A stretch of DNA of 34,675 nucleotides. Source: a virus. Lineage: Duplodnaviria; Caudoviricetes. Positions 7,976 through 17,215 of this stretch are shown here, piece after piece (positions within the stretch are counted from its first letter, which is position 1; the number at the start of each line of letters is the position of its first letter). The DNA is taken from positions 1 to 34,675 of IMG/VR virus record IMGVR_UViG_3300042453_001025; one strand, given 5' to 3'. The position numbers and the translations under genes were made by a program. Below the pieces are notes generated by a model that was not told where the DNA came from, did no database searches, and saw only the letters and a program-made list of their open reading frames with translations.

Positions 7976-8454
7976 TTAGTAGAGAACCGCGAATCAAACG
8001 AATTTTGTCATTGATGGTTGAATTGCAAAATCGAAACATGACAACCAGACAAATGTCCGCAGAATTACAAATCACCGAAAGGACGGCCTATCGTTATTTG
8101 AAATTATTTCGCGAACATGGAATTGGATTGAATCAAACTAAATTTGGCCAATACACATTTCAACAGGTTGAAACCAAAAAACGACCGGCCAAAAGAATAA
8201 AAAATAAAATGAACACATCAAACCAAAACCAGGTTCCCAACGTCGGGAAAATGGCGAAAAAAACACCAATTGAAACCATTTTTGAACGTTTCCAATTCCA
8301 TGACGATTTTCCCAAATGGATGGCAGAAAACAAAACCGAATTATTGAAGGCAGAAAAACAATTGTTGGCGAAATTTTGCCAATGGATGTGTGAAAGCCAA
8401 ACCAATTTGGACAAATCCGTTGAACTATTTTTGAAAGAAAATGAAAACCATTGA
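7972..8454 (+). CDS. HTH (HTH_11-like) DNA-binding protein with unknown C-terminal domain
   Basis: MTTRQMSAELQITERTAYRYLKLF is a typical HTH. Confidence 0.72.
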   Translation: MISREPRIKRILSLMVELQNRNMTTRQMSAELQITERTAYRYLKLFREHGIGLNQTKFGQYTFQQVETKKRPAKRIKNKMNTSNQNQVPNVGKMAKKTPIETIFERFQFHDDFPKWMAENKTELLKAEKQLLAKFCQWMCESQTNLDKSVELFLKENENH

Positions 8455-8689
8455 AAAAATCGCCATCATTTGGGTTGCTCCATTGTTTTTGGTTGGAATC
8501 ATTGCAATCGGAATCATTTCGACCATCATTTATTTGCTGAAAATGGTTTGGGTGTATTCCGGAACCGCCGGGGCGTCCATCATGTTGGTTCGTGAAATCC
8601 GAAAGAATTTCAACAAGGCAAAATGGAAACGCCTACAAAAAACCGATTCGCTCATGGCAGAAATCGACCGTAAAATTAAAAACAACTAA
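8441..8689 (+). CDS. Small membrane protein
   Basis: Hydrophobic N-terminal stretch and basic C-terminus. Confidence 0.65.
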   Translation: MKTIEKIAIIWVAPLFLVGIIAIGIISTIIYLLKMVWVYSGTAGASIMLVREIRKNFNKAKWKRLQKTDSLMAEIDRKIKNN

Positions 8690-8692
8690 AAA

Positions 8693-8971
8693 ATGGCAAA
8701 ATGTAAAATCACCAACGCAACCGCCAAAGGCAAAGCATGGAAGGCCGAATGTATTGTGGACGGTGTTTCACGAACCATTCAAGGTGGCCAGGATTCGAGC
8801 CGGAACGAATGGGGAACCAAAGGCGGAAAAACAAAAGACCAGGTCAATTCATTTTTGGCCCGTCATGGCGAACCCAAAACCGCCAAACAGAAAATCAATG
8901 AATTGAATTGGACAAAGGGAAGCCAAATTGGAAAAACAATCATTTTGCCCGACAAATTTTTCAAAAAATAA
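8693..8971 (+). CDS. Small basic hypothetical protein (92 aa)
   Basis: A-rich leader; Lys-rich; SFLARH motif. Confidence 0.7.
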   Translation: MAKCKITNATAKGKAWKAECIVDGVSRTIQGGQDSSRNEWGTKGGKTKDQVNSFLARHGEPKTAKQKINELNWTKGSQIGKTIILPDKFFKK

Positions 8972-8990
8972 TCCATCAAAACCAAACCAC

Positions 8991-9392
8991 ATGATAAAAA
9001 ATTTCGAAGAATTTACAATTGAATTGACCCCGACCGAATACCGGTTGATTCCAATGATGGTTGACCGATTCAACAACAAACGCGGAATCATTCACATCGT
9101 CACCGCAGAAACAATGATTGCCAAAATCAATGAAGCGTTTGGAATCAAACTAAAAGACACACGAATCCGGAAAATCATTCAATATATCCGGGTGAACAAC
9201 CTGGTTCCCGGATTGATTGCCACATCAAAAGGTTATTACACCGCAGAAACGACCGCCGAAATCAATGAATGGATTGAATCATTGAAAGCCCGTGAATTTG
9301 CCATTCGCCAAATCCGCGAAGTCGCCGAACATCACGTTCATTTGATGGAAACCAAAAATCAACAAACAATTTTCGAAAATGGAACATATTGA
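8991..9392 (+). CDS. Putative winged-helix DNA-binding protein
   Basis: ATG 8991; DTRIRKIIQYIR...LIATSKGYY pattern resembles wHTH phage proteins. Confidence 0.6.
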   Translation: MIKNFEEFTIELTPTEYRLIPMMVDRFNNKRGIIHIVTAETMIAKINEAFGIKLKDTRIRKIIQYIRVNNLVPGLIATSKGYYTAETTAEINEWIESLKAREFAIRQIREVAEHHVHLMETKNQQTIFENGTY

Positions 9393-9567
9393 CATCCAAA
9401 CATTTTGGAAATTGAAACCAGGCGACCGCGTTATGACCGGAAGCGGACCGGCCACCGTATTGAAGGGACCAACCATTGGTCATTCATACGTGGAACTGAA
9501 GGTGGATAAACCACAATGGTTGTCGCCGTATTTTTACCAATACGAAATCAAATCTGTCATCCAATGA
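9379..9567 (+). CDS. Hypothetical protein (62 aa, SH3-like beta pattern)
   Basis: LKPGDRVMT motif; coupled to neighbouring genes. Confidence 0.6.
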   Translation: MEHIDIQTFWKLKPGDRVMTGSGPATVLKGPTIGHSYVELKVDKPQWLSPYFYQYEIKSVIQ

Positions 9568-9773
9568 CCATCGAAAAAATGCCAAATCACAACGAACCAA
9601 TTGAATTTGAAACCATGGTTGGTTGGCTGAAGGGAAAACGAATTCCGGTGACAATTCATGGATTTGAAACATCATTTTTTGTAAGCGATGAAATCGAAGA
9701 AAATCGACATTGGGCAACATTCAAAGAAAGTGAAATTTTCAGTTGGAAATGTATAAATCAAACAGAACCATGA
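9564..9773 (+). CDS. Hypothetical protein (69 aa)
   Basis: ATG 9564 overlaps the upstream TGA. Confidence 0.6.
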   Translation: MTIEKMPNHNEPIEFETMVGWLKGKRIPVTIHGFETSFFVSDEIEENRHWATFKESEIFSWKCINQTEP

Positions 9774-9901
9774 CCATCGAACAATTGAAACAACGAATCA
9801 TGTCCGGCCAACAACAATATTGGAACCGCGACCAGGTCATCCAACTTTTGGACAAATTGGAGCCGCAGAAACAACAATCGAACGTTTTGACCCTATTTTG
9901 A
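9770..9901 (+). CDS. Hypothetical protein (43 aa; not in ORF track)
   Basis: ATGA overlap; MTIEQLKQRIMSGQQQYWNRDQVIQLLDKLEPQKQQSNVLTLF fills the gap exactly. Confidence 0.6.
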   Translation: MTIEQLKQRIMSGQQQYWNRDQVIQLLDKLEPQKQQSNVLTLF

Positions 9902-9904
9902 CCC

Positions 9905-10114
9905 ATGACCAAACACGAAAGGAAACAACACATCAAAGACATCCACAAACGCGCCATCGAAGCGTTGACCGATGACCCGGACACATCACCGGACATGTTC
10001 GTTTTGCGCGTTGACGCCCTGGACCAACTTTTGGCCGGAGCCATGTCAATGATTGAATTGATGTATTTGTTTGAACCACAAGACCCGGACGAACCAATGA
10101 ATCCGTATTTTTGA
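9905..10114 (+). CDS. Hypothetical protein (69 aa)
   Basis: Tightly packed ORF with typical codon usage. Confidence 0.65.
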   Translation: MTKHERKQHIKDIHKRAIEALTDDPDTSPDMFVLRVDALDQLLAGAMSMIELMYLFEPQDPDEPMNPYF

Positions 10115-10383
10115 CCATGAACCGACAAATCCGCAGAGCCGCCGGACGTGAACAATCGACCATCCGACGTGAATTTTGGACCGTCATTGATTCATTCCAC
10201 AAATACACCGGAGCCATTCCGGATGGCGCCGCCAATGAATCACATTTGGCCAAACGATTCAACACCGTATGGATTCAATTTTGTGACCATTGGGAGAAAA
10301 AACCGCATTTGTTGAAACCCGACCGACGGGCGTTCATCAATTACGTCACCGGACAACCGGACCCCGTGATTGAAACCGAATAA
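10111..10383 (+). CDS. Hypothetical protein (about 90 aa)
   Basis: MNRQIRR-type start common in phage ORFs. Confidence 0.65.
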   Translation: MTMNRQIRRAAGREQSTIRREFWTVIDSFHKYTGAIPDGAANESHLAKRFNTVWIQFCDHWEKKPHLLKPDRRAFINYVTGQPDPVIETE

Positions 10384-10445
10384 ACCCACAAACCACATCG
10401 CCAACAACAACACCGGGCCGAACCAAAGGCCGAAAAATTGGCGAC

Positions 10446-11003
10446 ATGAAGAAAACAAAAAGTGGTTCGCCATCGTACCAAAAACCGATGGCAGACAAAA
10501 AAAAACCAACACCGCGAAAACCATCCGCCGCAGAACGGACACCCGAAGAAAGGCGCCAGGTTGCCAACGCGATTTGTGAGTTGTACGAAAACGACCATGT
10601 GACCATTCAATCATGTTGTGGCGAACATGGAATCACCGACCGGACATTCAAAAATTGGGTTGACCAGGATTCGGAAATTGCGGCCCGTTACAAAATAGCC
10701 AAACAAAAACATTCCAAAAACCGAAAAGAGGGAATCAAAGAAAAGGCCGTTGACGCCTTGGAACGCCTGGTTGTTGGGTATTGGGTCGAAGAAACGGAAA
10801 CCGTTGAATTGTACGGTAAAAATGGCGACATGGCCGGACGTCAAATCAAAACAAAAAAACGATATATTGGTCCCAATCCAACGGCCGTCATTTTCACGCT
10901 GAAGAATGCAGACCCGGAGAATTGGAACGAAAACATTCACGTTGAAATGACCGGAGAACCACAGGTGTTCAAAATAGGAAATCAAACCATTTCATTCACA
11001 TGA
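10446..11003 (+). CDS. terS: Terminase small subunit
   Basis: N-terminal HTH (GITDRTFKNWV) and PNPTAVIFTLKN.DPENW motif, upstream of TerL; start may be 10488. Confidence 0.78.
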   Translation: MKKTKSGSPSYQKPMADKKKPTPRKPSAAERTPEERRQVANAICELYENDHVTIQSCCGEHGITDRTFKNWVDQDSEIAARYKIAKQKHSKNRKEGIKEKAVDALERLVVGYWVEETETVELYGKNGDMAGRQIKTKKRYIGPNPTAVIFTLKNADPENWNENIHVEMTGEPQVFKIGNQTISFT

Positions 11004-11284
11004 ACCAACAACAACCAACATCCAAAACATTTCCCGTGACCATTAGCGAACCCGAAATCCAAATGGTCATCCAAAACATCATTGACGATTTGGGCGATGT
11101 TCCATCCGCCGCCCGTTGGGTTCGGAACAAATTACATTCCATCAACCATGATATTTTGGTCAATGGAAAAACAATACAATCCATTGAATCACGGGACGAA
11201 TGGGCAATCATTGACCAATATTTTGAACGCAATATGACCGCCATCATTCGCGCCCAATCAACGCCACACAAATTCCAACCATGA
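11000..11284 (+). CDS. Hypothetical protein (94 aa)
   Basis: ATGA coupled on both sides. Confidence 0.68.
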   Translation: MNQQQPTSKTFPVTISEPEIQMVIQNIIDDLGDVPSAARWVRNKLHSINHDILVNGKTIQSIESRDEWAIIDQYFERNMTAIIRAQSTPHKFQP

Positions 11285-11535
11285 TTCGATTCGTGAATCC
11301 ATTCATTTTTGCGAACGCCTTTTTTGACTCGGACGATTCCATCGACTACCAAGCCATTGGAATTCCACAACCACAGGAATCCGCCCCGGTTAGATTTCAC
11401 ATTGAATCAGTCATGGCATGGAACCAAGTCAGCGAAACACAAACAATGGTCAGGTTGGCAACGGGTTCCGGTTATATTTTAGACTGCGAGATTGACGAAT
11501 TTGACCAAATCATGGTCGCCAATGGTAGTATTTGA
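11281..11535 (+). CDS. Hypothetical protein (84 aa)
   Basis: ATGA coupled; overlaps the TerL start. Confidence 0.65.
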   Translation: MIRFVNPFIFANAFFDSDDSIDYQAIGIPQPQESAPVRFHIESVMAWNQVSETQTMVRLATGSGYILDCEIDEFDQIMVANGSI

Positions 11536-12790
11536 ACCGCACCCAAAACAACACGAATTCATGGAGGCCGTTTTTTCCGGCCAATATGAATATTTGTTGT
11601 ATGGAGGCGCCGCCGGTGGCGGAAAATCTTATGTGTCATTGGCCACATTGATATTGTTGGCGAAGATTTTCCCCGGTTCCAAATCACACGTCATCCGGGA
11701 ATCATTGCCGACATTGAAGCGGACGACCATTCCAACGTTTTTCAAACTTTGCCCCAAACCATTCATCCGTTCGTATCACCAAACGGACCACATCGTCACG
11801 TTCACCAATGGTTCGACCCTGGAGTTTTTTCCCGAAAACTATGTGATGGACAAAACATTGACCCGGTTCGATGGTTTGGAAACGAATTTTTTTCTTTTAG
11901 AAGAAGCGCAGGAACTACAAAAAAAGACGTTCGAAAAATGCAAATTGCGCGTTGGACGCCACATCATTCCAAACCAACCGCCCCGTCTTATCATGGCCAC
12001 ATGTAACCCGTCGCAGACATGGACCAAAACAACATTCCATGAACCGGCGATGGCCGGAACATTGCCGGATGGATATTTTTATAAACGGGCGTTAATGATG
12101 GACAATCCGTCGTTACCGCCCGAATATTTGGCCGCGATGGATTCATTGGATGAATTGACCCGGGCCGTGTTCGTCAATGGCGATTGGGACGTTTCCGACG
12201 TTGAACGTCCGTTCGCCTACGCGTTCAACAAATTCAAGACGGTGAAAACGAATGTGGCCATCCATCCGAACGAACCAATCATTTTGTCTTTCGATTTCAA
12301 CGTTGACCCAATCACATGTGTGGCCGGTCAATCGTATGGCGACAAAATCCGAATCATTCGGGAATTCCGATTGAAGAATTCCGACATATATCGATTGTGT
12401 GAAACCATCCGGGTTGAATTTGGCGACCGATTGTTCATCGTCACCGGTGACGCGTCCGGGGCCAACCGTTCGGCCATGACCAGGGGCGCCGTGAATTATT
12501 ACACAATAATCCGCGACGAATTGCAATTGCCAAAAACATCATTCAAGGTTCCAAGCGTGAACCCATCCATAAAAAATTCGCGTGTTCTGCTGAATTCGAT
12601 TTTGGAGAAACACCCGGACATGGTCATTGATTCATCATGTCAATGGTTGATTCATGATTTGCAGAACGTAGAAACAACCGCCACCGGGGACATCGAAAAA
12701 ACAAAGGATTCGCAATTGTCACACCTTTTGGATTGTTTCCGATATTATTTGTGGACGTTCCACAATGATTTTGTCAAATACCGAAATTGA
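11522..12790 (+). CDS. terL: Terminase large subunit
   Basis: PHPKQ, Walker A YGGAAGGGKS, Walker B FLLEEAQE, ATCNP, nuclease SFDFN...HLLDCFRY. Confidence 0.95.
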   Translation: MVVFEPHPKQHEFMEAVFSGQYEYLLYGGAAGGGKSYVSLATLILLAKIFPGSKSHVIRESLPTLKRTTIPTFFKLCPKPFIRSYHQTDHIVTFTNGSTLEFFPENYVMDKTLTRFDGLETNFFLLEEAQELQKKTFEKCKLRVGRHIIPNQPPRLIMATCNPSQTWTKTTFHEPAMAGTLPDGYFYKRALMMDNPSLPPEYLAAMDSLDELTRAVFVNGDWDVSDVERPFAYAFNKFKTVKTNVAIHPNEPIILSFDFNVDPITCVAGQSYGDKIRIIREFRLKNSDIYRLCETIRVEFGDRLFIVTGDASGANRSAMTRGAVNYYTIIRDELQLPKTSFKVPSVNPSIKNSRVLLNSILEKHPDMVIDSSCQWLIHDLQNVETTATGDIEKTKDSQLSHLLDCFRYYLWTFHNDFVKYRN

Positions 12791-12798
12791 TTTTCCAT

Positions 12799-12806
12799 TA
12801 CCTTTG
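12799..12806 (+). promoter_or_regulatory. Putative -7 promoter box TACCTTTG
   Basis: TAnnTTTG in the gap after terL; no well-spaced -33 box seen. Confidence 0.5.
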
Positions 12807-12829
12807 AACGAAACAAAAATTCAAAGGAT

Positions 12830-12958
12830 ATGCCCAAAAAATTGGAACGTTGTGTGGCCGACGTCATGCGGACCGGAAAATCCGAATCGTCCGCGTATGC
12901 CATTTGTCAATCGTCAATCAACAAAGCCAAAAAGGCAAACCCAAAACCCAAACGATGA
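12830..12958 (+). CDS. Small two-cysteine basic protein (42 aa; not in ORF track)
   Basis: MPKKLERCVADVMRTGKSESSAYAICQSSINKAKKANPKPKR; its stop overlaps the chaperone ATG. Confidence 0.7.
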   Translation: MPKKLERCVADVMRTGKSESSAYAICQSSINKAKKANPKPKR

Positions 12959-13602
12959 ATTGGTTCAAACGACAACAACCCAAACCAAACCCGGTGATGG
13001 CAGAATCAAAACACATCACCGGTTCAATCATTCCATTGACAAAGATTTTCACCGATTCCGACGGTGACAATTGGTTTGAATACACAAACCCGTTGCAAAT
13101 GCCATCGAAACGAACCATCGCCGCCGAAGTGGCGACCAGGTTCGCGGAAATGAACATGACCAAAGACCAATTGAAAACGATGGTCGAATCCATGAAGAAA
13201 TCCGCCAATTCCGGGAACATCGTTGAAATGTTTCATTTGTTGGCAGAAATCGAATGGCGTTTGGAATTCATTGGCGAAGAACAAACGTTGATTGAATTGG
13301 CCGCATGTTATTACGTCCTGGATGGCGAAGACGAAACCAAATTCAATGACGTATTCAAACAACGCCGGATTGATAAATTGAACAACAATCCATTGGTCCG
13401 CGATTTTTTTGTCCAAAGGGCGTTGACGTCCACAATCAAATTTTCCGAATTATCGTCGGACGATATCCAAGAATTTTTGAAAGTCAGCGCCCAGGAAAAC
13501 GAAAGATTCTACCGGATTTTGCAGTCGCTCAGGTCGGGAAATACATTGACGACATCAATTTCACGAATCAAATCATTTGCGAAAACAAAGTCACCGAAAT
13601 GA
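12955..13602 (+). CDS. Tail assembly chaperone (gpG-like)
   Basis: Directly upstream of the tape measure gene; contains in-frame slippery heptamer G GGA AAT at 13536-13542. Confidence 0.72.
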   Translation: MNWFKRQQPKPNPVMAESKHITGSIIPLTKIFTDSDGDNWFEYTNPLQMPSKRTIAAEVATRFAEMNMTKDQLKTMVESMKKSANSGNIVEMFHLLAEIEWRLEFIGEEQTLIELAACYYVLDGEDETKFNDVFKQRRIDKLNNNPLVRDFFVQRALTSTIKFSELSSDDIQEFLKVSAQENERFYRILQSLRSGNTLTTSISRIKSFAKTKSPK

Positions 13603-13697
13603 TGGCGTTGGAATCATTGTCGGTCGATGAATACTATCAAACCATTTCAACGTTTTTCCGGATTCAAGACGAACGGAACGAACAAAAAGAAAAATAA
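13536..13697 (+). CDS. -1 frameshift extension of the tail chaperone (gpGT-like)
   Basis: The -1 frame reads GKYIDDINFTNQIICENKVTEMMALESLSVDEYYQTISTFFRIQDERNEQKEK-TAA, ending 8 nt before the tape measure ATG. Confidence 0.7.
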   Translation, partial: GKYIDDINFTNQIICENKVTEMMALESLSVDEYYQTISTFFRIQDERNEQKEK

Positions 13698-13705
13698 AAA
13701 AATCA

Positions 13706-16700
13706 ATGGCAACTGAAGTCAACAACATATTGTTCAAACTGCAAGCGGACACCGCCCAATTACGGAGCGAATTCGCAAAGTTGAACACCGGAATTGAAAA
13801 CATCCAAAAGAACACAAAGACCGCCGAATCCGGATTGAAGGGTTTGAAAACAACCATTGCCGGAGCGGCCGCCGCATTTGGCGGATTGTCAATCGCCGGG
13901 GCGTCCGTTGATTTCGCAAAAGGGGCCATCAAAGCCGTTGCGGATTATGAAGCCGTGAACATTTCATTGGAAACGTTTTTGGGTTCGGCAACCGCCGCAA
14001 AAGAATTGTTCGCAGAATTGGAACAATTCAGCATCAAAACACCGTTCACACCCGAACAGGTCAATGACGCCGCCAAATCACTTTTGGCATTTGGTGAACC
14101 GGTCGAAGGTTTACAAACCACATTGGGACGGATTGGGGACGTTGCATCCGCGACGGGAAAAGATTTCAACGAATTGGCCGTGATTTATGGAAAAGCCCGT
14201 GTTCAAGGGACGTTGTTCGCTGAAGACATCAACCAATTGACGGAGGCCGGTGTTCCGGTCATCCAATTGTTCGCGGACCAATTGGGCGTTTCCGCCGGAG
14301 AAGTCAAAAAATTGGGTTCCGAGGGGAAAATCTCATTTGCCAATTTAGAACAGGCGTTCACAACATTGACATCCGAAGGCGGACGGTTTTTCGGGTTAAC
14401 GGACAAATTAAGCCAATCAACCGCCGGTCGATTGTCCACATTGGAAGGCAATTGGACGGAATTGAAACGGACTGTTGGCGAAGGCGTTTTGCCCGTGTTT
14501 GAATTGTTGACGGACGCCGCGTTCGCCGTCATTGCCGGACTTCAAGCCATTCCATCGGTTGTTGAAGAAAACCGCCGGACATTTATTTTGTTGGCCGGTT
14601 CGGTTGGAATATATGTGGCCGCACAAAACGCCGCGTTGATTTCACAATTGCGTTATGAAATAGCATTCAAACGACTATTGATTCAAGAACAAATCGGAAC
14701 CGCCATTCAAAAATTGAAGGCGTTTTGGACCGCCGCCAATACCGTCGCGACTAATGTCGGAACCGGGGCGACTGTTGCCAATACGGTAGCAACCAGGGCC
14801 GCCGCATTGGCCACCGCCGCATGGAACGCCGCATTGAAATTGAATCCAATTGGTTTGGTCATTGCCGGATTGACCGCCGTTTTGTTGGTTTTTTCCGATT
14901 ACATTTTCGCCACCGACCAAGCCGTTGAAGCCACCGAAGAATTAAGCGCCGCACAAAAGGCAGTCGCAGACGTCAACGCGATTGCCAATGAACAAATCGC
15001 AAAAGAAACGGGAGAATTGAACGCGTTGTTCCAAGCCCTGAAGAATACCAACGCCGGTTCAGAGGAGCGGAAAAAATTGATTGATGAAATCAATGGTAAG
15101 TATGGAACCACATTGACGAACATCAAAAATGAAAAGGAATTCATTGAACAATTGGATGTTGCCTATCAAAATTTGATTAAGCAAATCAAAATCAAAGCGC
15201 AAACAGAGGCCAAACAACAAGTTTTGACGGATTTATACGCCAAACAAGCCAGGGCCCAACAAGTCGCCGCCAATAGTTATGTTGATTTGGCGAAATCTTT
15301 GGCCGCAGGAAATGAAGCCGCTCAAAAAATTTATGCGGATTTGGTTCCGTCGCAAAAGAAAATTGTCGATGATTTGTTGGCAAACAACCAGGCCGTTCAA
15401 AATCAATTGGCCGAAGCGCCTTTGCAAGTTAGCGGCGCCGCATTGGAAACGGCGCAAAATTACGCGAATTTAGCCGCGACGTTGGACCCATTAATCGCCA
15501 ACAATCCATTCGCAAAAATTACCGAAGAAGAACAAAAAGCCGTTGACGAATTCAACAAAATTCAATTTGGATTCACCGACGAACAATTGGCCGAAGCCCA
15601 AGCCAACGGACAAAAATTGTTCACCGCCTTTGATTTGTTTTTGAATCAATACGAAGAATCGTCCGCGCAAATTGAAGCCGTAAACAAAGAATTCGTGATT
15701 GACCCATTCACCGGAACAACAACGGGCAATTTGAGCAAATCACAACAAACGGCGGCAGACAATTTGAAAAAAGCCATTGCAGACCTTAAAAATAATTTAC
15801 AAAAGGAATTGGCCCGTCAACAAGTTGATTTGAAATTCCAACCGCAGTTGGCAGACGACCCGAAAACATTTCGGGAACGTTTGAATCGGATTGAAACCGA
15901 AACCGCCAAAACAATCGACCTTTTCAACCTGGAGATGGACCAACGCGAAGCCCAAGCGATAGCGGAAGGAACATACACCGAAAACGCGTTGGCATTTGCT
16001 GAATTAAGGAAAAACGGAATTTTGTTGATTCAAGGTGAAACCCAAAAGGCCATCACCCAATTGACAAATGAAGCCGAAACCGAACGAAATAATTTTTTGG
16101 CAGAAACGGACAAAATCAACGCGGATTTGAAATTACAAAGGGAATTGGACGCCATTAGGGTTTTGGAAGGTGAACGTTCAAAATTGATTGACCGATTGTC
16201 CAAAGCCCGGAACGCTCAGGAAAGAAACGAAATTCGAGTTCAATTGAATTCCAATTTGCAAGCGATTCGCGACAATAACAAAAAAGCCGAAAAATTGGAA
16301 TTGGACGCAATCACTAAAAAACGAGATGCGGCCGTTAAAAAAGAGGGGGCGACCGCCGAAGAAATCGCCGCAATCAACGCCCAAGCCGAATTGGATATTT
16401 ACAACGCCACAAAAAAATATTCGGACGCCCGAACCGCATTAAACAATGAAGAAACCGACAATTTTTTGGCGAATGAAGAAAAAAAGAAAAAAGAAGTTGA
16501 AGACGCGTTGAATGATTTAATTGACGCAACAAGGGAGGCCGCCAAACAATTCATTGATTCACAAATCACACAAACGGACGCGTTGATTGAACAACAACAA
16601 AAACGCGTTGACGCCGCCCGTGATATTGCAGAAAACGGAAACGCCGAACTTTTGCAATTGGAACAAAAACGTTTGGACGATTTGACCAAACAACGTCAAC

Positions 16701-17215
16701 GATATGTCGAAGCTCAACAAGCGTTGACATTGATTGAAATTGCCGCCAATTCAGCGTTGGCAATTGCAAAGGCCGCCGCCGCCGGGAATGGAGTGGCAAC
16801 CGCGTTGACCGTGGCCGCCGCCGTTGTGGCATTGGCCGCAGGATTTGCCCAAGCCAGGGCGCAAGCGCAAGCCGCCGCATCATTCGCGACGGGTGGATAT
16901 ACGGGTGATGGCGGAAAATTTGAACCGGCCGGTATTGTTCACCGTGGCGAATTCGTAATCACAAAAGAGAAAACACAAAAATTCCGTCCGATATTGGAAG
17001 CCATACACACCGGACGAAATCCAATGTTAGTCAAAGGTTTTTCCGAAGGTGTGATGGCCGCCAACACAAAGAATATGGAAAACAAATTGGAACGGATTGA
17101 AAAGGCCATCCGAGGCCAACGCGGATTGGAATTGTCAATTGACGAACGCGGAATCAACGGAATCGTTTCCCGTCTGCAATACAAACAAAATCGAATCAAA
17201 AACGCCGCGCGATGA
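13706..17215 (+). CDS. Tail tape measure protein
   Basis: 1169 aa, Ala-rich helical; tape-measure domain (KTPF...VIYGKARVQG...EDINQL), NPIGLVI motif, C-terminal FATGGYTGDGG..PAGIVHRGEFV. Confidence 0.95.
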   Translation: MATEVNNILFKLQADTAQLRSEFAKLNTGIENIQKNTKTAESGLKGLKTTIAGAAAAFGGLSIAGASVDFAKGAIKAVADYEAVNISLETFLGSATAAKELFAELEQFSIKTPFTPEQVNDAAKSLLAFGEPVEGLQTTLGRIGDVASATGKDFNELAVIYGKARVQGTLFAEDINQLTEAGVPVIQLFADQLGVSAGEVKKLGSEGKISFANLEQAFTTLTSEGGRFFGLTDKLSQSTAGRLSTLEGNWTELKRTVGEGVLPVFELLTDAAFAVIAGLQAIPSVVEENRRTFILLAGSVGIYVAAQNAALISQLRYEIAFKRLLIQEQIGTAIQKLKAFWTAANTVATNVGTGATVANTVATRAAALATAAWNAALKLNPIGLVIAGLTAVLLVFSDYIFATDQAVEATEELSAAQKAVADVNAIANEQIAKETGELNALFQALKNTNAGSEERKKLIDEINGKYGTTLTNIKNEKEFIEQLDVAYQNLIKQIKIKAQTEAKQQVLTDLYAKQARAQQVAANSYVDLAKSLAAGNEAAQKIYADLVPSQKKIVDDLLANNQAVQNQLAEAPLQVSGAALETAQNYANLAATLDPLIANNPFAKITEEEQKAVDEFNKIQFGFTDEQLAEAQANGQKLFTAFDLFLNQYEESSAQIEAVNKEFVIDPFTGTTTGNLSKSQQTAADNLKKAIADLKNNLQKELARQQVDLKFQPQLADDPKTFRERLNRIETETAKTIDLFNLEMDQREAQAIAEGTYTENALAFAELRKNGILLIQGETQKAITQLTNEAETERNNFLAETDKINADLKLQRELDAIRVLEGERSKLIDRLSKARNAQERNEIRVQLNSNLQAIRDNNKKAEKLELDAITKKRDAAVKKEGATAEEIAAINAQAELDIYNATKKYSDARTALNNEETDNFLANEEKKKKEVEDALNDLIDATREAAKQFIDSQITQTDALIEQQQKRVDAARDIAENGNAELLQLEQKRLDDLTKQRQRYVEAQQALTLIEIAANSALAIAKAAAAGNGVATALTVAAAVVALAAGFAQARAQAQAAASFATGGYTGDGGKFEPAGIVHRGEFVITKEKTQKFRPILEAIHTGRNPMLVKGFSEGVMAANTKNMENKLERIEKAIRGQRGLELSIDERGINGIVSRLQYKQNRIKNAAR

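Noticed and set aside
10370-10579. 69-aa ORF between the 10111 gene and terS
   Set aside because: TTG start, low-complexity product and large overlap with terS; not supportable, though a short real peptide cannot be excluded.
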